A stretch of 64,000 nucleotides of DNA from an uncultured Candidatus Micrarchaeota archaeon. Its GTDB lineage: Archaea; Micrarchaeota; Micrarchaeia; Burarchaeales; Fermentimicrarchaeaceae. Every line of letters begins with the position of its first letter. Position 1 is the stretch's first letter. The stretch spans positions 32,001 through 96,000 of the forward strand of contig CAVXDX010000014.1 in assembly GCA_963760615.1 (NCBI GenBank), given 5' to 3'. The translations under genes and the position numbers were made by a program. The notes below the pieces were generated by a model. The model was not told where the DNA came from, did no database searches, and was given only the letters and a program-made list of their open reading frames with translations. Below are positions 10,087-19,716 of the stretch, in pieces.

Positions 10087-11868
10087 ATGTCAAAGAAGCC
10101 GATTTCAGCCGAAGTGATACATGCCTATGGATGGGTGCTGTGGCTAGTTATCATGGTGCTAGCCATCATGTACTATTTTGGTTTCTTCACACAATTCATA
10201 GAAAAATACCAGCCCTGCTCCCCCGAGACTGACGGATGGAGCATAACATACTACACCATATGCGCGAATACAACAATAGTGATGGATGGAGGCATTGCGG
10301 TGGGTAGAGGAGGCTCGCTTACTCTCAGGAATGTTACGCTTGTAATGAATGGGAAGAGCGATAACGATAGGTTGATAGAGGTGTTCCCGGGAGGGGAGCT
10401 GAGGGTGCTTGACAACGATGGCAACCCCGACACCACGGGGGACATGAGCATCATAGAGAACGGCACTAGTTCACCCAACTTCATTCTGTTTGCGCACATG
10501 GACGCGAAATTTGAGATGAGAAACTCCAAGATTTTGAATGCTGGCTCCAAGCTCTACGAAAGCACAAAGGGCCCGTATATAGAAGCCCAGGGTTCGACCA
10601 TTGAGGGCAACATAATCAGCGGGAACATTTACGGATTGGTCATAGACGCAGAAGGGGTTATTGTCAGGAATAATTCCATATCCGGCAGCGTGTATGGGAT
10701 TTATGTGGGCAATCTGACGCGCAGTCTGCTCATTGAGAAGAATCTAATTTCTAACAACAACGTTGGGATATATCTCTCCGCAGCCTCCACGGGCACTCAG
10801 ATAACTGGGAATAATATCCACAACAACCACGAGGCTGGCATTCTTATGTCTGGCTCTTCAGGCAACTCAGTCAAAGATAACATAAACTCAGACAACAACC
10901 GCGGGATATACCTCAACTACTCGAATTCCAATTCAGTGAAGGGGGAAACTTTAACCGACAGCAATGACGGAATTTTTGTGCAATTCTCCTCGAACAATAC
11001 CATAGAGTCGAGCAACCTCAGCTCGGATTCAGTTTCCTGCATATCGCTTGTGTCATCGGAGAGCAACAAGGTAAGCGAGAATACAATATCCAACTGCACG
11101 GATGGGGTCAGGCTGGATTCATCAAATAGCAATGACATCCTTGACAACCACCTTGCCGGTAATAAGAATGCAGTCGTCATGCTCTACGCAAGTTTGAATG
11201 AAATGGACGGAAACAGTGTGGAACAGAACCTCCAGAGCGTTCTGCTTCAGGATTCGCAGAACAACAATCTTTCGAGCAACACGCTGGCTGGGAACAGCAT
11301 GGGCATAAGGCTGGTAAATTCCACCTCGAACAATCTGCTTTCGAATACCATAATGAACGGCAGCTACGGCATATGGCTTTACTCGTCGCACCTGAACTTG
11401 CTGATGCAGAACAATGTAGATGGGAGTTCGCAGGCGATATTCTTCCACTTCTCATACCGGAACAACGCCACGGATAACAGTTTGAACAATAATACAATCG
11501 GCATAACTGTGAGCTCATCATCCGCCAATGTGATATCGGGCAATGCCATTCGGAATAACGACCAGTACGGAGTGGATATGTACAACTCAACTTCAAATAA
11601 AATTTGGAGCAATGACGTATCCTCCAATGGGGCCGAGGGGGTGCACGTGAGCTCTTCTGGTTCCAATGAATTCAAGCAGAATACCATCAGCGGCAACGGC
11701 AGGGATGGAATGTACTTCGAAACCTCCAATGATGTGGTTACTGGAAACACTGTGAGCGGCCATGTTCAGTACGGCGTTTACTGCTACAACTCTTATCCCA
11801 CCTTTTCGTTAAACACCATATCGAATAACGGAAACGACTGCGACGGTTGCGAGGGATGCAGCAGTTAG
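10087..11868 (+). CDS. Surface protein with right-handed beta-helix (NosD/pectin lyase-like) repeats
   Basis: N-terminal TM; many GI.L..S..N.I..N repeats. Confidence 0.85.
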   Translation: MSKKPISAEVIHAYGWVLWLVIMVLAIMYYFGFFTQFIEKYQPCSPETDGWSITYYTICANTTIVMDGGIAVGRGGSLTLRNVTLVMNGKSDNDRLIEVFPGGELRVLDNDGNPDTTGDMSIIENGTSSPNFILFAHMDAKFEMRNSKILNAGSKLYESTKGPYIEAQGSTIEGNIISGNIYGLVIDAEGVIVRNNSISGSVYGIYVGNLTRSLLIEKNLISNNNVGIYLSAASTGTQITGNNIHNNHEAGILMSGSSGNSVKDNINSDNNRGIYLNYSNSNSVKGETLTDSNDGIFVQFSSNNTIESSNLSSDSVSCISLVSSESNKVSENTISNCTDGVRLDSSNSNDILDNHLAGNKNAVVMLYASLNEMDGNSVEQNLQSVLLQDSQNNNLSSNTLAGNSMGIRLVNSTSNNLLSNTIMNGSYGIWLYSSHLNLLMQNNVDGSSQAIFFHFSYRNNATDNSLNNNTIGITVSSSSANVISGNAIRNNDQYGVDMYNSTSNKIWSNDVSSNGAEGVHVSSSGSNEFKQNTISGNGRDGMYFETSNDVVTGNTVSGHVQYGVYCYNSYPTFSLNTISNNGNDCDGCEGCSS

Positions 11869-11869
11869 T

Positions 11870-12397
11870 TCACCACGGCACTTTCTTGAGGCCAAGCCTG
11901 TTTGCGAGAATGTTGGTTGCTACGTGTAGAAGGTAGGTAAGCACGACCAGGAAAACCACCGAATCAAGGGAGAGGAAACCTGCTGGCACGTATGGAAGCG
12001 AGAGGAGCAGGGCGAAAAGCAGGAATGAGAGCTGGTCGAGAATAAGCGAAGGCTGGCCCCTCTTTATCCCTATCCTCCTTTTCAGGAAGCTTCCAGCCAG
12101 GTCGCCGAACATTGTGCCAAGTGAGAGCACAAAACCCAATAGCAGGAAATTCAGATCTATGCAGAGCGATGCAGGCAGCAGGGCAGAGGAGCACAGCAGC
12201 GATTCAGCCAGCCCGGTGAGGCTTCCGAAGCACAGCCCTGCAAACAAGCCCTTCCAAGTTTTTCCATCACCGAGTACCCTTTGCCCGTCTATGAATTTTC
12301 TTCTGAAATCCATGGGCATTCCGCCCCCGAAAAGGACAGGAGTCGCATTGGCGATGTAGGCGGGAAGTATGAAAAGCAACAAGCTGAGCAGGTTCAT
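11870..12397 (-). CDS. carS: CDP-archaeol synthase
   Basis: PAYIANATPVLFGGG.P.D, GDGKTWKG, GDLAGSFLKRR, LDQL, GLKKVPW. Confidence 0.95.
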   Translation of the reverse strand: MNLLSLLLFILPAYIANATPVLFGGGMPMDFRRKFIDGQRVLGDGKTWKGLFAGLCFGSLTGLAESLLCSSALLPASLCIDLNFLLLGFVLSLGTMFGDLAGSFLKRRIGIKRGQPSLILDQLSFLLFALLLSLPYVPAGFLSLDSVVFLVVLTYLLHVATNILANRLGLKKVPW

Positions 12398-12442
12398 CCT
12401 ATACCACAATATTTATAAGGTTAGAAAAGTATTTATTGGAGT

Positions 12443-13369
12443 ATGAAAGCGGATAAACTAATCATAACAACGCTGCTTGTTGCAATTGGAGCCTTGATGG
12501 TTGTCGGAACCATAGTTGCGGTATACTCAATCTACTACCTTGCCACCCCGAAGGAATGCGTTGGAGTCATTGAAGTGAACGGGGAGATAAGCACGCAGAG
12601 CTCCAGCGGGGGGCTGTTCGGCTCTCCCACCATTGGCTCGGATGATATTGTGAATCAGATACAGAACGCGGAGAACAGGGATGATGTGAAGGCGGTAGTT
12701 TTTGAGGTAAACTCCCCCGGAGGCTCTGTAGTTGCGAGCAGGGAGATATACGAAGCAGTGAAAGATATGAAGAAGCCCAAGGTTGCCTATTTCAGGGAGG
12801 TTGCAGCATCTGGGGCTTACTATATATCAGCACCTTCGGATTACATTGTTTCGGAGCCTGACGCCCTTACTGGTAGCATAGGAGTGGTTGCAACCTTTGA
12901 GGACATGAGCGGGCTGTTCAACAAGCTCGGCCTGAACTACACGATATTCAAATCCGGCGAGCTTAAGGATATGGGCACAGACACAAGGCCCCCCACGGAG
13001 AAGGAGAAGCAGATTATGCAGAATATGATAAACGAGATTTTCAGCGAGTTCAGAAGCGTTGTTGAGGAGGGAAGGAGGGGCAAGCTGAACGAACAGAAGT
13101 TTAATGAAATTCTTGATGCCAGGGTGCTTACTGGGAGGCAGGCAAAGGATGTTGGGCTTGTGGATGAGGTTGGCAACAGGAAAAGGGCGCTCGAAGTTGC
13201 CGCAAACCTTGCCAACATGTCATTCAAGAATGCGCCGAATACGTGCGAGATGAGCAACCCCAACCCATTTGCTGGTGTCCTTTCCGGCATAGGGCAGGGA
13301 ATCACCTACACTGCGAGAGAGCTTCTGAGCTTTAGCACCCCTAGTGGAGTCAGAGTAAGCTATACCTGA
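12443..13369 (+). CDS. sppA: Signal peptide peptidase SppA (S49)
   Basis: NSPGGS, AASGAYY, TGSIGV motifs; N-terminal TM. Confidence 0.93.
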   Translation: MKADKLIITTLLVAIGALMVVGTIVAVYSIYYLATPKECVGVIEVNGEISTQSSSGGLFGSPTIGSDDIVNQIQNAENRDDVKAVVFEVNSPGGSVVASREIYEAVKDMKKPKVAYFREVAASGAYYISAPSDYIVSEPDALTGSIGVVATFEDMSGLFNKLGLNYTIFKSGELKDMGTDTRPPTEKEKQIMQNMINEIFSEFRSVVEEGRRGKLNEQKFNEILDARVLTGRQAKDVGLVDEVGNRKRALEVAANLANMSFKNAPNTCEMSNPNPFAGVLSGIGQGITYTARELLSFSTPSGVRVSYT

Positions 13370-13373
13370 TTAT

Positions 13374-14579
13374 CTACTCATATCTTAGAGCGTCCACTGG
13401 CAATAGCCTTGCTGCCCTCCTTGCCGGGAAGAAGCCTGCAATGATTCCGACAACCATGGAGAAAAACAGCCCAAAGGTTGCAAGCTCTGGTGATATGTCT
13501 GTTGGCACACCAAAGTAGTTGAGCACAAGTGTTGCAAGCGCTGCAAGCACAAGCCCAAAAGCGCCTCCCACCATACCTATGATGCCTGCCTCCAAGAGAA
13601 ACATCTCCAGCACAATATTATCTGTGGCCCCTACCGCCTTTAGGATGCCTATCTCCCTTGTCCTCTCCATTATGGACATGAACATTGTGTTGGCAATTCC
13701 TATCCCCCCAACCAGAAGCGCTATACCTGATATACCTGCCAGGAATAGGCTCAGTGTTCCGGTTATGGTGTTTACTGTCTGCGCGACAGATGCCGGAGTT
13801 TGCACTGTAAAATCTTCACTGCCTTCCTTCACGTGATGCAGCTGCCTGAGCTTCGCACTTATCTGGCTACCGATTATTTCTGGGTCATATCCATTTGCAA
13901 CTTCCACAAGAATCTCATCCGCCTGGTTTGGAAGCTTCTGACCCGCATACACTTCCTTGGCATCTTCAAGAGGCATAACCATAACGCTGCCGGTAGCTGA
14001 TGCCAATCCGCCCCCTTTCTTGAATATCCCTATGACCTTAAAACTCATGCCCCGTATCTGCACTACCTGGTTGACGGTGATGTTGTTCTTGAACACGCCG
14101 TTGGCTATTGTATCACCTATTACTATAACACGCCTCTCACCACTTTTGTATAACCTTCCCTTGCCAACCTCGTAGTATGAGACATTTTTCATAGCTTCCG
14201 CATCAATTCCAACCACTAGAACTCTAGCCGTCTCATTCTTGAACTGAATTACAGCCCTATCCTGAAGCGACGGGAACACTTTCTCAACTCCAGGAATCGC
14301 TCTTAAAGCATTTGCATCATTCGTAGTTAGCGTTGCCGAGACAGCTGAGAGGGTCGGACCCAGGGTCATCTGCTTAGGACTGCCGGGAGCTATCTGCACC
14401 CAGTTCCCGCCAAGTGCGCCAAGCTGGTTCATTATGAAGTCGTTGACCCCCTGCGCTACAGATATGAGTATTACTATGGCGGCTATGCCTATCACTATGC
14501 CCAGTATTGTCAGGTAGCTCCTCAGCTTCCTGTTGAAGAGGTTTTCTACCGCGTAATTCAGGAGGTCAAGGTGATTCAT
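13374..14579 (-). CDS. ABC transporter permease (MacB/FtsX family)
   Basis: RSYLTILGIVIGIAA, GIANTMFMSIMERTREIGILKAVGA, PARRAARL.PVDALRYE. Confidence 0.92.
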   Translation of the reverse strand: MNHLDLLNYAVENLFNRKLRSYLTILGIVIGIAAIVILISVAQGVNDFIMNQLGALGGNWVQIAPGSPKQMTLGPTLSAVSATLTTNDANALRAIPGVEKVFPSLQDRAVIQFKNETARVLVVGIDAEAMKNVSYYEVGKGRLYKSGERRVIVIGDTIANGVFKNNITVNQVVQIRGMSFKVIGIFKKGGGLASATGSVMVMPLEDAKEVYAGQKLPNQADEILVEVANGYDPEIIGSQISAKLRQLHHVKEGSEDFTVQTPASVAQTVNTITGTLSLFLAGISGIALLVGGIGIANTMFMSIMERTREIGILKAVGATDNIVLEMFLLEAGIIGMVGGAFGLVLAALATLVLNYFGVPTDISPELATFGLFFSMVVGIIAGFFPARRAARLLPVDALRYE

Positions 14580-16097
14580 CTACCTACCCCTCTTCTTGAA
14601 GTATCTCGTGTATACGACATACACAACTGCGCAAATTACGATTAGTACCAGGATTATTGAGGTTAGGCTCATTTCGGCAGGCTTTTGGGTGAGATTCACT
14701 ATACCCTGCGATACAACCTCTATAGGCACATCCTGAGTTACAGTGTGCTCTGTGTTGTATGCATCTCTGAATGTCATTGTCACGTGAATGGGGTAGACTC
14801 CTGGCTTCAAGTTGTTATTAGAGTATATTGTATAGTCAACCGAGCTGTAATCGTCAAGATTCAGGCTGCCTATGTAGTTTTGGGAGGAGCTCAGAATCTC
14901 AAAGCTTTCGCTTGAGGCATTCACGCTTAGTGCTCTTATATTTATATTACCTGTATTTGAGAACTGCAGGGAGATCGTATACGCCCCTCCGGCTGCAACT
15001 GGCGATGGAGTGGTGCTTGGCGTTATGGATATCTGCGGCACGTCTCCCACTTCAATGCCAACCTGTTTCTGAATCGGGGTCTGAGTCTCACCGTTATTGT
15101 CAAGGTAGTTTATTGTTATGGTTACCGGATAGTAGCCCGCAGCTGTGGTTCCGCCCACCCCAATCTCGAACTCCATCTGCTCTTTGGAGTTAGGCGCGAT
15201 GGAGTCAAAGTATCTTTCAGAAGAGCCAAGGGAGGTGAAAGAGGATGAAGCTGATGAGACGCTTATTTTTGCAGACTGGGCATTGCTGTTTCCGATGTTG
15301 GTGATGTTAACTAGGAATCTGGTCTTGTCCCCAGGTGACACGGGCCTTTTCTCTGCCTGCGCATCGACTATAAAGTCGACAGAGCTTTTAACCACGTTAA
15401 CCGGGGTTATTGTTATGGTCATCTGCTGCAGCGAACCAAGCGGATCCTGGTATGTCACTGTAAGAGGGATGGATTGCACCCCTGATTGAAGTGAAGCACT
15501 TGCAACGATAGGGATTTCGAAAGAGGTAGTCTGCCCGCTTGCCAAATCCCCAACATTGAGTTGGGATAGACCGTCGAAGAAGAATGACGTGGAGTTTATA
15601 GTCAGGGATATCTTTGATATGCTACCTCCCTCATTTTTTAGCTGCACATCCACAGTGAATTTGTCGCCCGGCGTTATGGGTTTGATGGGGATGAAAGAGA
15701 AGTTGAATGTGGGTGGGTTGGTGACGCTTATGGGTATTGAAAATGTCTTTGTATACGTATCGCTGCCCTCTGTCCAGAAAGCGTCCAGCCTCAGGTTGTA
15801 TATGCCTGGCGACACGTCGTATTTTATTGTAAACGGAACTGAGATCACAGTTGAGCCGAGGGAACCAATGTCGCCCAGTTGTATCCTGTTTGAAGTGAAA
15901 GTGAACTGCTCCCCACCTTGGTATATCACAGCACCGCTGACTGTTGAGGTGCCTGGGTTGGACACAGTTATGGATACAGAGCCCGTGACACCGGGCTTGA
16001 GCGTGCTCGGCAGAACGGAGTATGAGGTTATCTGAACACTTGCCGATGCAACCGCAACCAGTGCAAGCAGCACTGCAAACAAAGCTTCTTTTCTCAT
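14580..16097 (-). CDS. COG1361-type S-layer/Ig-like domain protein
   Basis: Signal peptide, repeated beta-rich domains (PG..YP), C-terminal TM; typical partner of this ABC type. Confidence 0.75.
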   Translation of the reverse strand: MRKEALFAVLLALVAVASASVQITSYSVLPSTLKPGVTGSVSITVSNPGTSTVSGAVIYQGGEQFTFTSNRIQLGDIGSLGSTVISVPFTIKYDVSPGIYNLRLDAFWTEGSDTYTKTFSIPISVTNPPTFNFSFIPIKPITPGDKFTVDVQLKNEGGSISKISLTINSTSFFFDGLSQLNVGDLASGQTTSFEIPIVASASLQSGVQSIPLTVTYQDPLGSLQQMTITITPVNVVKSSVDFIVDAQAEKRPVSPGDKTRFLVNITNIGNSNAQSAKISVSSASSSFTSLGSSERYFDSIAPNSKEQMEFEIGVGGTTAAGYYPVTITINYLDNNGETQTPIQKQVGIEVGDVPQISITPSTTPSPVAAGGAYTISLQFSNTGNINIRALSVNASSESFEILSSSQNYIGSLNLDDYSSVDYTIYSNNNLKPGVYPIHVTMTFRDAYNTEHTVTQDVPIEVVSQGIVNLTQKPAEMSLTSIILVLIVICAVVYVVYTRYFKKRGR

Positions 16098-16780
16098 TTC
16101 ACCACCTCAGTTTTTTCTATAAGTCCATCCTTTATGTGAACTATTCTTTTTGCATGTCTCGCTATGTTAATATCGTGCGTGACTATTATTATCGTATAAC
16201 CTTTTTTATTAAGCTTCATGAGAAGGTTGATTATCTCTTCTCCGGATTTTGAATCCAGATTGCCTGTAGGCTCGTCCGCAAAGATTATGCGAGGGTCGTT
16301 TGCCAATGCGCGTGCTATTGCAGCCCTCTGCCTCTCACCACCACTGAGCTCTGAAGGTTTGTGCTCAGCCCTCTCACCCAGTCCAACCAGATCAAGAAGC
16401 TCGCATGCCCTCTCTCTTCTCTCTTCAGCAGAGAAGCCGTTGAAAATCATCGGGAGCTCCACGTTCTGCACTGCTGAGAGGGTTGGGATGAGGAAGAAGA
16501 ACTGGAACACGAAGCCTATCTTCTTACCTCTTATCTCAGCAAGCTCAGTATCATTCATTGTTGAAGTGTCAATGCCGTCTATGTACAGCTTGCCGCTGGT
16601 TGGCTTGTCAAGACATCCCATTATCTGGATCAGTGTGCTCTTCCCACTTCCAGAGGGGCCCATTATAGACAGGGAGTCGCCTCTTTTGACTGTGAGGTCT
16701 ATGCCTTTTAGAACATCCAGCTCGTAATTTCCCATAAGGTACTTTTTCTGGAGGTTTTCAACCTTTATCACATCATCCAT
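16094..16780 (-). CDS. ABC transporter ATP-binding protein (LolD/SalX-like)
   Basis: GPSGSGKST, LSGGERQR, FADEPTGNLD; ATG of MDDVIK chosen as start. Confidence 0.95.
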   Translation of the reverse strand: MDDVIKVENLQKKYLMGNYELDVLKGIDLTVKRGDSLSIMGPSGSGKSTLIQIMGCLDKPTSGKLYIDGIDTSTMNDTELAEIRGKKIGFVFQFFFLIPTLSAVQNVELPMIFNGFSAEERRERACELLDLVGLGERAEHKPSELSGGERQRAAIARALANDPRIIFADEPTGNLDSKSGEEIINLLMKLNKKGYTIIIVTHDINIARHAKRIVHIKDGLIEKTEVVK

Positions 16781-16781
16781 G

Positions 16782-17534
16782 TTACTCCCTCTGCGAGAAG
16801 AGGAAAGCACCAGTGAATATGCACGCTGTGCAGAAGCATATAAGTACTCCCAAGTCCGCCCAAAGCGGCATTCCTGGGGTATTTGTGAGACTTTCCCTCA
16901 GCCCGTCAACTCCATATGTTAATGGATCCAGATAAATTATAAACTGCCATGTTCCGAGGTTATTGAGCGGAACCAAAGCACCTGAGAGGAGCAGAATCGG
17001 CATCATGAGGAAGTTATTTATGAGCTGGAAGCCGTGCATATCCTCCATTTTTGATGCTATTGCTATGCCCAATGAAACAAACGAAGCGGAAATGAGGAAC
17101 ATGAAAAGCAATGCAAGTGGAAGACCATAGAAGTTCAGTTGCACCCCCATGAGTAACGATATGCCGAGCAAGAGGATTGCTTGTACAGTTGCGGTGGTCA
17201 CTCCTCCCAGTGTTATACCCAGCATTATTGAAACTCTCGAGATTGGCGCAATCATTATTTCCTTAAGGAAGCCGAATTCCCGGTCCATGAGCACTCTTAT
17301 GCCGGCGAATATTGAAGAGAACAGCAACACCATGCCTATCATGCCCGGTGCGAGCACATTCATGTAATTGCCTCCTCGATTCATTGTCTGGTAGGCAGCA
17401 CTGAAACCGCTCCCCAGTATGGCAAGGAAGAAAAATGGCATAGCAAGAGTGCCTATTACTCTGCTCTTGGCTCTGAAGAACCTTATCACTTCCCTCTTCC
17501 AGAGGATGTAAATTCCGCTCAGTTGTTTGTTCAT
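16782..17534 (-). CDS. ABC-2 type exporter permease
   Basis: DREFGFLKEIMIAP, six-TM pattern, DPLTYGVDGLR. Confidence 0.92.
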   Translation of the reverse strand: MNKQLSGIYILWKREVIRFFRAKSRVIGTLAMPFFFLAILGSGFSAAYQTMNRGGNYMNVLAPGMIGMVLLFSSIFAGIRVLMDREFGFLKEIMIAPISRVSIMLGITLGGVTTATVQAILLLGISLLMGVQLNFYGLPLALLFMFLISASFVSLGIAIASKMEDMHGFQLINNFLMMPILLLSGALVPLNNLGTWQFIIYLDPLTYGVDGLRESLTNTPGMPLWADLGVLICFCTACIFTGAFLFSQRE

Positions 17535-17539
17535 ATGAT

Positions 17540-18523
17540 CTACCTATTCCTGCTCCTTACTGCAGCTCTAAATCTGTCAAATGCACCGGCTTTGTCTTCC
17601 CTTATGCTTTTTCCAGTGAGTTGTATGAACACATCCTCGAGAGTCGGGTGATGCAAAGAAATTGAGTGAATTGTTATGCTGTGTTTCTGCGCGATGTCAA
17701 ATATTGTCGGGATGATGTGCTCGGCATCATCCGCAGTTATGCTAATGCCCCCATCTGCACTCTTTATTTTCTTTATGCCCTTCATTTTCTTGAGATGCGG
17801 CAACAAGCCGGAGTCCGCCTCAAGCAAAATGATATCACCGCCAAGGGAGTGCTTGAGCTTTTCCGGAGTGTCCATGGCTATTATTTTGCTGTGATCCATA
17901 ATTGCGATCCTGTCGCAGAGGTAATCAGCCTCCTCCAGGTAATGCGTCGTAAGCACCATCGTAACCTTCTCCTCCTTATTCATCTTCTGGACATGATCCC
18001 ATATGTTCCTCCTGGTCTGCGGGTCCAGGCCAATTGTGGGCTCATCCAGGAATAGTATTTTGGGGTGGTGTATCAAGCCCCTTGCAATCTCAAGCCTTCT
18101 CTTCATGCCTCCCGAGAATTTCTTAACTTGTTCCTTGCTTTTTTCAGTCAGTTCGACAAGTTCCAGCACTTCACGTATTCTCTCTTTTCTCTGGTCAGCG
18201 GGCATGCCATATAGCATTGCATGAAAATCTAGGTTTTCGTATCCAGTGAGTTCCTCATCAAGGCTAGGATCCTGGAAAACCATACCTATGGAATTTCTCA
18301 CTTCGTCCTGCTGGGTATCCACGTCATAGCCATTGATTTTTGCAGTTCCCGAAGTGGGTTTGAGTATCGTCGCGAGCATGGAGAGAGTTGTTGTTTTACC
18401 AGCACCGTTAGGGCCAAGAAGTCCAAATAGCTCTCCCTCTTTAATCTGCAGGTCTACGGAATCAACTGCCGTAAAGCCGTTAAACTTTCTAGTTAGTTTG
18501 TTTGTTTCAATCACATTTCCCAT
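17540..18523 (-). CDS. ABC exporter ATP-binding protein (DrrA-like)
   Basis: GPNGAGKTT, FSGGMKRR, LFLDEPTIGLD, LEDVFIQLTG. Confidence 0.95.
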   Translation of the reverse strand: MGNVIETNKLTRKFNGFTAVDSVDLQIKEGELFGLLGPNGAGKTTTLSMLATILKPTSGTAKINGYDVDTQQDEVRNSIGMVFQDPSLDEELTGYENLDFHAMLYGMPADQRKERIREVLELVELTEKSKEQVKKFSGGMKRRLEIARGLIHHPKILFLDEPTIGLDPQTRRNIWDHVQKMNKEEKVTMVLTTHYLEEADYLCDRIAIMDHSKIIAMDTPEKLKHSLGGDIILLEADSGLLPHLKKMKGIKKIKSADGGISITADDAEHIIPTIFDIAQKHSITIHSISLHHPTLEDVFIQLTGKSIREDKAGAFDRFRAAVRSRNR

Positions 18524-18530
18524 TCTATCA

Positions 18531-19004
18531 CTATTGCAAGAGTTTTTCAAAGATGCTGCATATCTTGAGAAAAGTCTCTTTCCTTCTCTTCTCAGGAAGC
18601 TTGAGGAATTTCTCCCTAAGATTGTTGAACCTTTCAAATTGTTCACTCAGCTCCTTTATTTCAGTATCATCAAAATTGTGTATTATCTTGGTCACGAGCG
18701 GCAGGAATATTGCGCCCATGTCGCCCCTCTTCATCACCCTCTCCCTGCCCTCTATGAGATGTTTCCTTCCTTGGTTAGTAATCATGTAAGTTATCTCTCT
18801 TCTCCCCTCACTTTCTGAGAGTTCCGCCTTAATCAGCCCCTCCCTCTCCATTTTCCTCAGCAGGGGGTATATCGCCCCCGGGCTGGGCTTCCAGTTGCTA
18901 CTGGTGAGATCGGCTATTCTCTCGGTTATCATTTTGCCGGAAACGGGTTTTTCCGCCTCGCACAGTATGAAAAGCTTCAGCAGGCCTTTCGCAAATATTT
19001 TCAT
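18531..19004 (-). CDS. PadR-family transcriptional regulator
   Basis: WKPSPGAIYPLLRKMEREGLI, Y.IT..G; directly upstream of the ABC genes. Confidence 0.88.
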   Translation of the reverse strand: MKIFAKGLLKLFILCEAEKPVSGKMITERIADLTSSNWKPSPGAIYPLLRKMEREGLIKAELSESEGRREITYMITNQGRKHLIEGRERVMKRGDMGAIFLPLVTKIIHNFDDTEIKELSEQFERFNNLREKFLKLPEKRRKETFLKICSIFEKLLQ

Positions 19005-19143
19005 ATCGGATGTGATATATAACTGAAAAGATATATAAGGCTTTCGTTGATGGCCTCTAGTCAGTGAGATGGCTGAAAGAGAGTCAAGAAAAGTTGCCAA
19101 GATAGGATAATTTAATATAGATGAATTCTTAAAAATAGGTAGT

Positions 19144-19716
19144 ATGGCAAAGAAGACTTGCAAAGAGGCATCCCTGAAAGACAGGATAGGACTGTTTTTT
19201 AGCAATTATAAGAAACTTCACCAAGCTGCAGTGACTCATTGCGATGAAGGAGTTGGGCGTACCGCAGTAGATATTATCGCTGGCAGCAAGATGCTCTCTG
19301 AATGGGACAAGAGCCATTATTTTGGTGATACGGCTATATTCACTCCCAACCTCTCGGTTGCAGAGAACGCCTGGGAGAGGATAGAAAGGGGTGCAGTACC
19401 TGAGAGCGAGAAGCTTGACAAGGCAAAGCTCGTTGCCAGCTTCTCAGCCCATGAGCCGGTTGCCATAGACGCTCTGGATTACATAGAGAGAAGCGAGATT
19501 GATGAGAGGGACAAGATCAAGAGTGCCGACTACATAGGGATGCACACAAAACACCTCTCTGTTGCCAAGAGGACGCTGAATTTCATAGTAAGAAGCCAGC
19601 TGAAAAATGAGGAGAAGATATCTCACATACGGGAAATCGCCGGCCGCTCAAAGCACAGCTCTATAAAGAAGAAGGCAAAGGAATGGCTGGAGAGCTACAG
19701 GATAATAAAAGTCTAG
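19144..19716 (+). CDS. Hypothetical helical protein
   Basis: 190-aa ORF with codon style like neighbours; no motif recognised. Confidence 0.6.
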   Translation: MAKKTCKEASLKDRIGLFFSNYKKLHQAAVTHCDEGVGRTAVDIIAGSKMLSEWDKSHYFGDTAIFTPNLSVAENAWERIERGAVPESEKLDKAKLVASFSAHEPVAIDALDYIERSEIDERDKIKSADYIGMHTKHLSVAKRTLNFIVRSQLKNEEKISHIREIAGRSKHSSIKKKAKEWLESYRIIKV

